From positions 34,658,001-34,722,000 of the forward strand of contig OZ249442.1 in the NCBI GenBank assembly GCA_965235115.1: a DNA stretch of 64,000 nt, read 5' to 3'. Numbering within the stretch: the first letter of the stretch is position 1; the number at the start of each line of letters is the position of its first letter. Origin of the DNA: Laetmonice hystrix (taxonomy: Eukaryota). Below the pieces are notes generated by a model that searched no databases, was not told where the DNA came from, and saw nothing but the letters and a program-made list of their open reading frames with translations. Position numbers and translations under genes: made by a program. Shown here piece after piece: positions 51,416-62,990 of the stretch.

Positions 51416-51685
51416 AGTGGCCGACCGTCCGGCACTGAGAGACCGACCGTCCGGCACTGAGAGACCGACCGTCCGGCACTGAGAGACCGACCGTCCGGCA
51501 CTGAGAGACCGACCGTCCGGCACTGAGAGACCGACCGTCCGGCACTGAGAGACCGACCGTCCGGCACTGAGAGACCGACCGTCCGGCACTGAGAGACCGA
51601 CCGTCCGGCACTGAGAGACCGACCGTCCGGCACTGAGAGACCGACCGTCCGGCACTGAGAGACCGACCGTCCGGCACTGAGAGAC
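51416..51685. repeat. 22-bp perfect minisatellite GACCGACCGTCCGGCACTGAGA x12
   Basis: Direct reading of the sequence. Confidence 0.98.
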
Positions 51686-52819
51686 TGGTTATATTTAGTC
51701 GTGTGTATGGGGGGGGGGGGGGGTGATCAGGCGAAGGTCAAGGAGAAACAAGAACTGAAATGTATTACATTTGTACCAAGTCCGAGTCTGTGTTCTGAGT
51801 TTCTTAGACTGAGTGATTTCTGATTGGATTCACCTCGCTAGCCAATGAAAAGCTTTAATCCAGGGTTTCAGTCTTATAACTGGGGACAATTTTGAAAGTA
51901 AAAATCGCTGTTAGTGTGGGGGAAAGGGGAGCTCCCCCGGTGATCTGACAGGGATGGTTTTTGAATCCATTCCTCCCTCCTCGCCTGTATCATTATACCT
52001 GTTCTATCCTCAAGTACCAAGTACCACGTGGCAGGCAGCCAAACAGGGGCAGGCAAGCTGACGGTGGTCATTTGGCTCTGTATTGCCAATAATAGGAAAC
52101 AAGAGTCAATGGAAGTCGTTTATAACAAACAATTGAACCAATGGACGCCTGGTCACTAAACGTGGAGAATGTTGCCAGTGGTACAGGAGCAATTTGGCGG
52201 GGGGGAGGGGAGGGTGCGCCAGTCAGACTTCAGGGTTTGTCGTAGGCAAGGTGGAAAACCTAAGTTCCAACAGTTGGCAGGGCCGGGTGTTTAGTGAAGG
52301 ACAGAGGGCGTTTACCGTGGCTGCCATCAAGGGGGTGACACGGAGGGGTGGCAAGGGGCGACACCGACAAGCTGCCACATCGATTTGTTGTCATTGGTCA
52401 AACAATCGCGGCCCGGGTGGGTGGGTAGACAGGTGGCAAAGTGGTATTTAAGTGGTGAAGAAGACACCTGGGGGACACCGAGAGAGTCAGGTTCTTCAGC
52501 TGTTAACGTCAGCTTCTCTTCGTTAACGATGTCTTCGTTAATTTCAAGACCAGTTTCTGTTTTCTGTTTTCTTTTGACACCTGTTCATGCTCATGTTCGT
52601 TTCGGGCATGGTCTGTTTTGGACACATGTCAATTTCCTGACCCTGTCCCGTCTCGCTCTTTGGAAGCATCTATGTTCCTGTTTTCTTGTCATCGACCGAG
52701 TAGAAATACTTTTATTAAATCGTAGGGGAATTTTCATTTTCATGGATGTGGTAGTAGCCTCCTGCAGCACGTCTTATAAAGTAGGCCTATATCAAATTTT
52801 GCTGCCGTCGTCATGCCTC

Positions 52820-52878
52820 TTGTGCTCTATGGCAGTACAATTGTGCTCTATGGCAGTACAATTGTGCTCTATGGCAGT
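52820..52878. repeat. 21-bp repeat TGTGCTCTATGGCAGTACAAT, ~3 copies
   Basis: Direct reading of the sequence. Confidence 0.9.
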
Positions 52879-53761
52879 AAAAGAAGTTTAGGTTTGTCTC
52901 GACCACTAAGATTGGACAAAAGCCGCGCCGACCTTCGATAGTTAAAGACAGACCCCACCGGAACCACGGGAGCCAGTGTGTGTTGGCTGTCGTCAGGGCC
53001 GACTGTCCCGCCGTGAGGCATTGTGGGACGTGCCGTCAGCTGCGTGCGCATCCCGGTCCCTGTCCCGCTTGTTATGTCTAATTTGATTGGCCTATCATAA
53101 TGTTTGTTTTGACGACCAAGACAGGCCCCCGCTGGCCCTCGACACCTCGAAGGCCCTAACACGTTGGGCCAACAGGGCTTTGTAGGGTTCAAAGGGCAAC
53201 ATGAAAGTGTCTGCCCGGCTCACCATTGTAACCTGCTATTGTCGGCCGTAGACAGAGGGCGCCAATTTGCGCCCCTAACTCTGCGCCCGGTTGGGGGGCC
53301 ATTGGCGGCGGTCGGCATTAGCAAGCGTTAAATGGACCCCTTACAGTAGGGAGTCCCACGTTAGATCAGCGCTGTCAGTTGATTTGTCTTGACCTCCAAT
53401 TGAAGACCCTCTTTGGGGCGGAGATAGGGTAAAGGGCATACCCCCCAGGGCTGCATACCCCGGTAACATGGTCGTTATAACAGGGGGCCTGGCTGTCTGA
53501 TGTGTGAGGAAAGTCCGTCAACCAGGTAAACGGAGCCGTGCCACTTTTTTTGCCAAAAATATTGTACACCATTTGAAATTCTGAGACTTGTAGCGGTTCT
53601 AGGTAAAGAGCACAATGTTGTTCGGGATTGAGAGCTATCCCAGGTAAAGTCATGCTCATAGACGCGTGGCCTTGCCTACGTCAGTGACCTTTTATGGTTG
53701 TTGTCTTTTTGTGGTTTTGTCGTGAAATGACTAAGCGTTTCGATGTGTTCGTGTTTTGCAG

Positions 53762-54430
53762 ACGTTTCACACCCCAAGTTTTGGCGACGAAGACTTCAAC
53801 ATTCCACCGATCTCTCTGTCCGTTACTGATCCCGTCTCCCAGGCCCACAGCACCCTCTACTCCTCACAACTCCTGTCCCATCACTTGCCGGACGGAAACA
53901 TCAACGGAACTCAGCCTCTTTCTCATCATCCGGGTACCACGGTTGCCGGGGGTTACAGCCAATCACAGGCTCTGCCTCACCACGGCAACATTGCGCAACC
54001 GCACAGTCAGCAAAGTCAGCACAACCACAACGTGAACTTTTTCACGCCAAAGTTCCCTCCCCAAAATATAGACATTCCCGACATCAGCGCGTCCAACTAC
54101 AACCACGTCCCCAACAGCCAACCACAACAAATCTACGCATTTTCTGCTGCAACAACTAACAACGGCTACCAACAACATCAAGGGCTGTACCAACATTCAC
54201 AAAACTCAATAGTGCGCTCTCTGTCGGCAACAACGACGTTACCCAGAGAGCCTATTCTTACGACGATAGGTCAACAGCAACTAGGCTCAGACATTGGGCG
54301 GCCAGTGACTGCCAACCAATCAGGGAAGGCCGCCATGGACGGTCGTCAGGTGTCGCCACCAGGATCCACAAATACATCACCCGGCCGTGAGAGCAGCGAA
54401 GACAGCGATGACAGTCTGCCCCTTGCGCAG
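53762..54430 (+). CDS. TOX: TOX-family HMG-box transcription factor, large N-terminal exon (223 codons, phase 0-0)
   Basis: Acceptor gtgttttgcag|ACG at 53761/53762, donor GCGCAG|gtaagg at 54430/54431, length 669 nt. Encodes TFHTPSFGDEDFNIPPI (the TOX-family motif is TFHTPSLGDEEFEIPPI), FPPQNIDIPDIS (resembles the vertebrate PQ-x-x-DLP-x-I motif) and ends SSEDSDDSLPLAQ. Paralogue assignment is not possible; probably a single invertebrate pro-orthologue. Confidence 0.92.
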
Positions 54431-55736
54431 GTAAGGCACATACAGGTCAGAACCAGTTCAACTCTAAGCATGACTGTGACGTCAGTGTTTGTGGTCCCAG
54501 CCTCCTGTGTCACCTGTCAAAATTTGGAGGGAAATGTCCAACACCGTATTGGGTAGTTCACCCATTTCTGCCCGGGTAGCGTGAAAAAGGACGTCCGAAA
54601 TTAAAGAGAAGTTGTACAAAGAGTTGCCCTTTACGAAATGACGTTGTAAATCGTTTTCCGGTTAGGGATGTGGAGTGTCGTGTAAATCGCTGTAAAATAT
54701 TGTTAAACATGTCATCTTTTCTGTTTCAACGTCTGGATATAGCTAGGTCATTTGGTAAATATTTAAAACAACACAATTTAAGGCAGAAATGAAAGACTAT
54801 ATAATTTAGGAGTGCAACTTTTATCAAAATTGCTAATATACAAAATATAGATATACACATCTTTAGAGGCGTATGGTATAAATAATTTTTCTGGGAAATG
54901 GTAGGACGCGCCTTGCTTCTATGCGTACTGTTTCCGCGCACCGTTTCCACGCCAACAATGTTGAATGATACCCCCCACCCCACCCCCCACCCCACCCTCC
55001 CGATTGAAAGCCGTCTCAATGTTAGTTGGAGCCCCGTAATTATCCCGAGTCGTTGCTCTACAGAAAGCTCTGTGCCCTGGGAATTGGAAAGACCTTCACA
55101 TAGACCGCTTCAGTGTCTCATTACTTTGGTAGCCATGTTTCCCTTGTGTATATGCTTTCCCGTTCGGGGACATAAATGTTAGAAAGTAATGTGCATGTTT
55201 TGTACTGCCATTTGTAGTTAGTGAAAGCTTCATATGAAGGACGAGTGCTGCCTTTATGTATGTGCCTATTGGACATTAAATATGCATCCTGCTATTTGTA
55301 ATAGATGTGCTTGGGCCAGCATTGCGACCTGTGTAGCGGCACAGCAATTGATTCTTGGATGAATAGAGTAAAATGTTCGAATCGTAATTGATTTGTCAAA
55401 TTTGGAATTCACCAGTGTAAAGGACAAAGGGCCATTTTATATGAAGGCTTAGGACAGTAAATTTAAATCGTAGGCCTTCGAATCTGAATTCAAAAGGCTA
55501 ATAAAAATATCCGGCAATTATTTCTGGAAGGAAAGCAAGAAATATACCTTGTTGACGAGCAATGTGCCTCTTCTCTTATTTATCGGGATTTGGGCACGTT
55601 ATCAAAATATACACTCATTTCTTTAAAAAATAAAAATTGTAGTCTTTAGGATATTTGCAAAGATGTATTTTGACGTTTCCTGTTGATCTGAGATTATGTA
55701 AAAGATGAAATATTCTGATCTGTTGATTAACTACAG

Positions 55737-55858
55737 CTAGCGATGAAGCGGACAGCGCCAGAAGAGCCTACTCCACCGCCCCCTAGCGGTGCTTCGGCGG
55801 GCAAAAAGTCCAAGACGCCCAAAAAACGCAAGAAGAAAGACCCTAATGAACCACAAAA
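55737..55858 (+). CDS. TOX: TOX-family exon with basic NLS, immediately before the HMG box (phase 0-2)
   Basis: ctacag|CTA...CAA AA|gtgagt, 122 nt, in frame with the previous exon. Translates [40 protein letters not shown](K), matching TOX-family [20 protein letters not shown]. Missed by the ORF track. The next exon (expected PVSAYALFF...) was not found in 55859-64000. Confidence 0.95.
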
Positions 55859-56199
55859 GTGAGTTGACATCCCATATCCGTTTCGCTTTTCTGTCAGTTG
55901 GGAATTCTTATCTTCAAAGCGGGGGATAATTCTGTGTGAGATTTTATTCGGAAGTGGGGATTTAAATGAGGACATGTTTTTCTAGAAGTCATTACAATCT
56001 CGTTAGGTTTAACATTTATTTTTCAAACAAATACTACTGAATAAGAGGTTGTTAAATCTGATTCCAAGTGTGTTTTGTGTCAAGCCACTGGATGGCCGTG
56101 ACAGTTTAACCAAATATTTCCTTGGCCGCCATGGGGATCGGACTGATCTTCAGGTGTGACGGCAGCCAGGTGTGAATGGAGTGACACACAGTCCTCATG

Positions 56200-56382
56200 T
56201 AGAGAGAGAGGTAGAGAGAGATAGAGAGAGGGGGTAGAGAGAGAGAGGTAGAGAGAGAGTGAGAAAGAGAGAGAATGGTAGAGAGAGAGGTAGAGATAGA
56301 GGTAGAGAGAGAGGGGTAGAGAGAGAGAGGATAGAGAGATAGAGAGAGACAGAGAGAGAGGGTAGAGAGAGATTGAGAGAGT
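56200..56382. repeat. (GA)n-rich compound microsatellite
   Basis: Direct reading of the sequence. Confidence 0.9.
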
Positions 56383-57167
56383 CAAAGCCAGCCCACCTGT
56401 TGTTGTCTGTGGTCAGAGTTGACAAGTATAGAGAGTTACGTCATCGTCACGGAGTGGTGAACATGAAAGCGAGGCCGACCCTCGACATGTGACGTAGTCC
56501 AGTGTTGGGACAGCAGCGACTCAACATACGGGCATGGAGAAAGTGACTCGCGAATTATTGCATCCATAATATACCCCCGGTAGCTTACCACTTTTATATT
56601 ACCGAGATGAGAAATTATGAGAAAGTTTAATACTATTTCCAAACCCGCCGGTTTTTACAGAACGGTAACGGTTCGGGCGGTCTCGTGGTGCTCAAACCCA
56701 ACCCGGGGGGGGGGGGGGGTAAGGGGAGTGATGACGTCAGTCCTGTGGTGGTAGTGTTGCAGGGGAGGGGGTGACAGAACATGATCTATAGGCCCAGGTA
56801 TGTGTGTGGCCAGGGTGGCATGGTTGTGGTAGGCTCAACATATGTCGGGTTACCTGGTGGAACAAAAGACAGGTGGGTTAGGGGTGTAGGGGGTGTCTCA
56901 GGCGGAGGGGTGGGGGGGGGGGGGGGTCTCTGGGACGGCCAAGATTCTAATCATTGACCACCTGGGCCTCACCTACCCCTGCCCACCACCAGGGCCCGCC
57001 ACCGGTCATTACCTGGGACACGACCAGACCACGGTTACCTGCCGACACACTGTGGTGATTACCTGGGCGGCCAGGTGGGTCAACAATGCTGATCTTACCT
57101 GGTGGTCCGTTGATCACAGCAACATCACCCTCGACTCAACCAAGTCAGGTGTCACGTCACCTAGCCC

Positions 57168-58722
57168 GGGATCGGGTCTGGGTTAATTATCAGTGGGAAA
57201 CTTGGACCGAGTCTGGGTTATAGCGGGAAACTTGGACCGAGTCTGGGTTATCAGCGGGAAACTTGGACCGAGTCTGGGTTATCAGTGGGAAACTTGGACA
57301 GAGTCTGGGTTATCAGTGGGAAACTGGGATCGGGTCTGGGTTATCAGCGGGAAACTTGGACCGGGTCTGGGTTAATTATCAGTGGGAAACTTGGACCGGG
57401 TCTGGGTTATCAGCGGGAAACTTGGACAGAGTCTGGGTTATCAGCGGGAAACTGGGACAGAGTCTGGGTTATCAGTGGGAAACTGGGGTCGGGTCTGGGT
57501 TATCAGTGGGAAACTGGGGTCGGGTCTGGGTTATCAGCGGGAAACTGGGACAGAGTCTGGGTTATCAGTGGGAAACTGGGGTCGGGTCTGGGTTATCAGC
57601 GGGAAACTGGGGTCTGGGTTATCAGTGGGAAACTTGGACCGAGTCTGGGTTATCAGTGGGAAACTGGGATCGGGTCTGGGTTATCAGCGGGAAACTTGGA
57701 CCGGGTCTGGGTTAATTATCAGTGGGAAACTTGGACCGGGTCTGGGTTATCAGCGGGAAACTTGGACAGAGTCTGGGTTATCAGCGGGAAACTGGGACAG
57801 AGTCTGGGTTATCAGTGGGAAACTGGGGTCGGGTCTGGGTTATCAGTGGGAAACTGGGGTCGGGTCTGGGTTATCAGCGGGAAACTGGGACAGAGTCTGG
57901 GTTATCAGTGGGAAACTGGGGTCGGGTCTGGGTTATCAGCGGGAAACTGGGACAGAGTCTGGGTTATCAGTGGGAAACTGGGGTCGGGTCTGGGTTATCA
58001 GTGGGAAACTGGGGTCGGGTCTGGGTTATCAGTGGGAAACTGGGGTCGGGTCTGGGTTATCAGCGGGAAACTTGGACAGAGTCTGGGTTATCAGCGGGAA
58101 ACTGGGACAGAGTCTGGGTTATCAGTGGAAAACTTGGACCGGGTCTGGGTTATCAGCGGGAAACTGGGGTCGGGTCTGGGTTATTAGCGGGAAACTGGGG
58201 TCGGGTCTGGGTTATTTGCGGGAAACTGGGGTCGGGTCTGGGTTATTTGCGGGAAACTGGGGTCGGGTCTGGGTTATCAGCGGGAAACTGGGACAGAGTC
58301 TGGGTTATCAGCGGGAAACTTGGACCGGGTCTGGGTTATCAGCGGGAAACTGGGATCGGGTCTGGGTTATCAGCGGTAAACTTGGACAGAGTCTGGGTTC
58401 AAGTTATCAGCGGGAAACTTGGACCGGGTCTGGGTTATCAGTGGGAAACTTGGACAGAGTCTGGGTTCAAGTTATCAGCGGGAAACTTGGACAGAGTCTG
58501 GGTTATCAGTGGGAAACTTGGACAGAGTCTGGGTTCAAGTTATCAGCGGGAAACTTGGACAGAGTCTGGGTTATCAGTGGGAAACTTGGACCGGGTCTGG
58601 GTTATCAGCGGGAAACTTGGACAGAGTCTGGGTTCAAGTTATCAGCGGGAAACTTGGACAGAGTCTGGGTTATCAGTGGGAAACTTGGACCGGGTCTGGG
58701 TTATCAGCGGGAAACTCGGACC
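57168..58722. repeat. 31-bp G-rich minisatellite GGGTCTGGGTTATCAGCGGGAAACTTGGACC, ~48 copies, with a 340-bp internal duplication
   Basis: Period 31 (57241, 57272); the +4 variant GGGTTAATTATC recurs in identical context at 57361 and 57701; a +6 variant GGGTTCAAGTTATC is confined to the 3' part. Confidence 0.97.
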
Positions 58723-59669
58723 AGACCAGACTCGGCTTATCGTTTACCAACTGTTTTAATGAATCCAAACTCGGAATGACGATTTTTGTTCGATCGCATC
58801 AGTATTCATGTTTTCTTTGTAGCCACCAATTGGTTCTATTGATGGTACACACCGGGGTATGAATAGAATGTAGAAACTGTAATGGAGTTTACATTAGCTG
58901 AGTCTACATAATAAAATTCGGTATTCAAACCCCAGGCTCAGTTAACAAAGATGTTAAAAAAGTAACGGTCATTGATTAATATCAGGGTTCGTCAATAGAA
59001 ACATGAATATTATATAACTACCTCTTCAAGCCGGTGTTAACTGAACACCGTACATTCAAAACCAACCCCCTGAAAAAAACCCATGTTTTTCACCAAAATA
59101 CAGCAGGGATGAGTCACGCCTGAGTCTCCATGCATTAGATGATTACATGGTCCCTTTTGATCCATATGTAAGCTTCACTGGGCCGCCATAATGGCATTAG
59201 GGTGACTGGAAGTGGACGTTTTGTCTCCAAGCAAGCTGCCTTTTCCAACCCCGTGCCAAACCATGCACAAGGCAGATCAAACGGAGGGTGCACAAAACCC
59301 GCAATTATTGTCCAAGACTGGCATGGCAACAGGGAGACTGAGGGGAATGGCACAGAACAATGGCATCTCTCCTCGTTCTTCCCCTCCCCCCCCCTCTCCC
59401 CTCTCTCCTCTCTCCCCTCTCTCCTCGAGCATAAACGGGATCTAGGTCACGACCCCGGCTTTAGTGCACTGTCTGTACAATAGAGGAAAAAGGCAAAGTG
59501 CTTATGGAGTTTAGAAAGAGGAAGAGCAGAGATGTCGGAACAGATACAAGGAATTTTAAAGGACTTGAAGTCCACGTACAGAACGGCTCGAGCAAGCTGA
59601 CGTCGAGGTAAGATGACACTTCTTGTGTTAGCAGATCTCCAGGAAAACCTCGTAAAGGCTTGTTCGCGT

Positions 59670-60090
59670 GTTTGTTGATCCTTACATAAAACCACAGTCT
59701 ATAGTTGATCCCTATCTAACGCTTGTGTCGGTTGATCCTTACATGATAAAACCTTGTTCTGGTTGATCCGTACATAACGGCACGTGTTGGTTGATCCTTA
59801 CATAAAACCGAAGTATACAGTTGATCCCTATCTAACGCTTGTGTCGGTTAATCCTTACATGATAAAACCTTGTTCTGGTTGATCCGTACATAACGGCACG
59901 TGTTGGTTGATCCTTACATAAAACCGAAGTCTATAGTTGATCCCTATCTAACGCTTGTGTCGGTTGATCCTTACATGATAAAACCTTGTTCTGGTTGATC
60001 GTCCTGCTTGTCTTGCGTTGATTCTTATGTAAGGCCATGTGCTGTTTGATCCGTAAAGCCATGTAGGACTACTGCTAGTCGATCCGTAGA
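59670..60090. repeat. 116-bp higher-order repeat made of four ~28-31-bp GTTGATCC-initiated subunits
   Basis: TTGATCCCTATCTAAC at 59705, 59821 and 59937. Confidence 0.92.
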
Positions 60091-61692
60091 AGTGGGTTTG
60101 GCATACACCTTCCATATCGATCGGCAGGGACGCCGACAAACCTATTCTTCAGAGAATTCTAAAATTGGTTTGATTGAGAGAACATCATGTAAAGGTTGTC
60201 ATGGAAACTGAAGTGTCGTCGACTGAGAATTGAACGTTGTAAACGGTACCAAAACGGTTGTACAAACAACTCAAACCCTTCGACTCCAAGATGTCCCAAC
60301 TGGTTATGGGTTATCGATTGAGATTTGTATTTTGCCAACAACATGACAAGTCTCGGATGGCTTATAATACAGAACCACCATGTCGTCGTATTCGCCCACC
60401 AATGGTTACACCACTTCTCTTGATAATAACACGACTTGCTGCGAATCATTATTGGATAACAACTTGCCTATCATTTATGTTACAACAAGGATTAATGTGT
60501 TCTAAGGATGCTTCTTTCTGTAATTAAGACACGTCTTAATGAAGTAGGTTAATGAGGAATTAACTGGCCCCGTGTTTGAAAGCGGTGTGAATTTAACCGA
60601 TGCAACGCCTCCCAAGGCCGTGACAAGTGAACAATTGCCACCTGTACCCTCACCTGGAGCGGAGAGCAATATTCGCAAAGTTTTTTTTTTAAGTGGGTAC
60701 AGCGCTATAACCTTTGAACAAAACTTTGAGGATTGGTTACTGAACTGAGGAAGCGATTGCAGGCAGATGCCATCCTCATCCATTGTGGGTTCACAGTCGC
60801 ACGGGGAGTTTGTAAAGAAGAAAATCCAGAGGCGGCTGGAAGTAATTCTGGGTTGATGACAAGTCGGCGAGCAGGCACCATGTTTATCACGATGACAGCT
60901 GCCTCTACCCGAATTGGTCAATGTCGTAAAATTATTGCAGTGATTCTCGTGAAATAACATGGAGTTGTCATAACCAGGTCATGGTTTTTATAACTTACCA
61001 TCCATTTTTAGAGTTTTTGTAGTTTGGCTTGAGTTATCTTTTTCATTTTGTGATTGTGTTGTGTGCGTAGCTGGTGTGTGAGTGTGTTGTGTGTGCGTAG
61101 CGACCGGCCGTCCATTTGGCACACAATGATCGAGAAAGACAAGGGCTGTGGGTCTCATTATCCTGATTGTTGTCGGCTGATGGCAACCAGATAATGGCCG
61201 CTTGGCACACGTTGACAGGTGCCCGTCACTGCGTCCGTCCGGCCGTCAGTGGATCAAAACAAAGACCTGAGCAGGGGCTGGAGGGGGGGGGGGGGGGGGC
61301 TGGGGAGGGAGGGGGTAGAGGTCAGGCGGTGTAGGAGTCTAGTAAGTGCAAGTGGATGTAATATCCCTGACCCCTTGATTCGATCTTTGTCTCCGGTGAA
61401 ACCTTAATTCGATCCGTGGCCGTTAGAGGGCGTGACGTCGTCGTTTGTCGTGTATTAACGGCGTCGTCAAACCTGGCCGGTTTATCACGTCGTGCACGAT
61501 AATGACTCCCAGGGGGCGCTGCAGTCGGTGAACGGCCGGCTTCAACAACATTCGTGGTCGTCAAGTCGGGGTTCATCAACTGGGCAAGTCGCTGTGTTAA
61601 GGTGGGATCTGCTGACTACATAATGATTTGGTTACGGAAGATAGGCTACATGTCATGAAAGAGCAGGAGAAGGCACACTCCCCTAGCCTTCC

Positions 61693-62745
61693 ACCATACC
61701 GTCCAACCTAGGCCTACAGGTTACACATGTCTGTGGGTGGTGGTGTTTGATCCCATCATACCGTCCAACCTAGGCCTACAGGCTACACATGTCTGTGGGT
61801 GGTGGTGTTTGATCCCATCATACCGTCCAACCTAGGCCTACAGGCTACACATGTCTGTGGGTGGTGGTGTTTGATCCCATCATACCGTCCAACCTAGGCC
61901 TACAGGTTACACATGTCTGTGGGTGGTGGTGTTTGATCCCATCATACCGTCCAACCTAGGCCTACAGGCTACACATGTCTGTGGGTGGTGGTGTTTGATC
62001 CCATCATACCGTCCAACCTAGGCCTACAGGCTACACATGTCTGTGGGTGGTGGTGTTTGATCCGCCCACGACTTGGTTACACATGTCTGTGGGTGGTGTA
62101 CAGGTTACACATGTCTGTGGGTGGTGGTGTTTGATCCCATCATACCGTCCAACCTAGGCCTACAGGTTACACATGTCTGTGGGTGGTGGTGTTTGATCCC
62201 ATCATACCGTCCAACCTAGGCCTACAGGTTACACATGTCTGTGGGTGGTGGTGTTTGATCCCATCATACCGTCCAACCTAGGCCTACAGGCTACACATGT
62301 CTGTGGGTGGTGGTGTTTGATCCCATCATACCGTCCAACCTAGGCCTACAGGCTACACATGTCTGTGGGTGGTGGTGTTTGATCCCATCATACCGTCCAA
62401 CCTAGGCCTACAGGCTACACATGTCTGTGGGTGGTGGTGTTTGATCCCATCATACCGTCCAACCTAGGCCTACAGGCTACACATGTCTGTGGGTGGTGGT
62501 GTTTGATCCCATCATACCGTCCAACCTAGGCCTACAGGCTACACATGTCTGTGGGTGGTGGTGTTTGATCCGCCCACGACTTGGTTACACATGTCTGTGG
62601 GTGGTGTACAGGTTACACATGTCTGTGGGTGGTGGTGTTTGATCCCATCATACCGTCCAACCTAGGCCTACAGGTTACACATGTCTGTGGGTGGTGGTGT
62701 TTGATCCGCCCACGACTTGGTTACACATGTCTGTGGGTGGTGGTG
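61693..62745. repeat. 62-bp minisatellite (~15 copies) with a recurring variant block
   Basis: CATCATACCGTCCAACCTAGGCCTACAGG(C/T)TACACATGTCTGTGGGTGGTGGTGTTTGATCC; the variant TCCGCCCACGACTTGG occurs at 62061, 62569 and 62705. Confidence 0.97.
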
Positions 62746-62789
62746 TTTGATCAAAGTTCGGTCCACGTGTTGATGTTTGGATCAGAATC

Positions 62790-62990
62790 GGGCAAACGTG
62801 GTAATAGTTGGATCCGAGTTTGGTGCACGTGGTCGGTGTTTGGATCCGAGTTTGGTGCACGTGGTCGGTGTTTGGATCCGAGTTTGGTGCACGTGGTCGG
62901 GGTTTGGATCCGAGTTCGACCCACGTGGTCGGCGTTTGGATCCGAGTTCGACCCACGTGGTCGGCGTTTGGACCCGAGTTCGGCCCACGC
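62790..62990. repeat. 32-bp minisatellite GGATCCGAGTTTGGTGCACGTGGTCGGTGTTT, ~6 copies with CACGTG
   Basis: GATCC at 62811, 62843 and onward. Confidence 0.92.

Noticed and set aside
53756-54556. The 266-aa track ORF as a single-exon gene
   Set aside because: It begins in intronic sequence (TTG CAG acceptor) and reads past the strong donor at 54430/54431; the true CDS is spliced.
57193-58862. 465-aa and overlapping ORFs in the intron after the NLS exon
   Set aside because: Translation of the 31-bp array; not an HMG-box exon.
60160-60960. Unique-looking, coding-like stretch
   Set aside because: Stops in all frames; no PVSAYALFF or other HMG-box sequence and no RT or transposase motifs.
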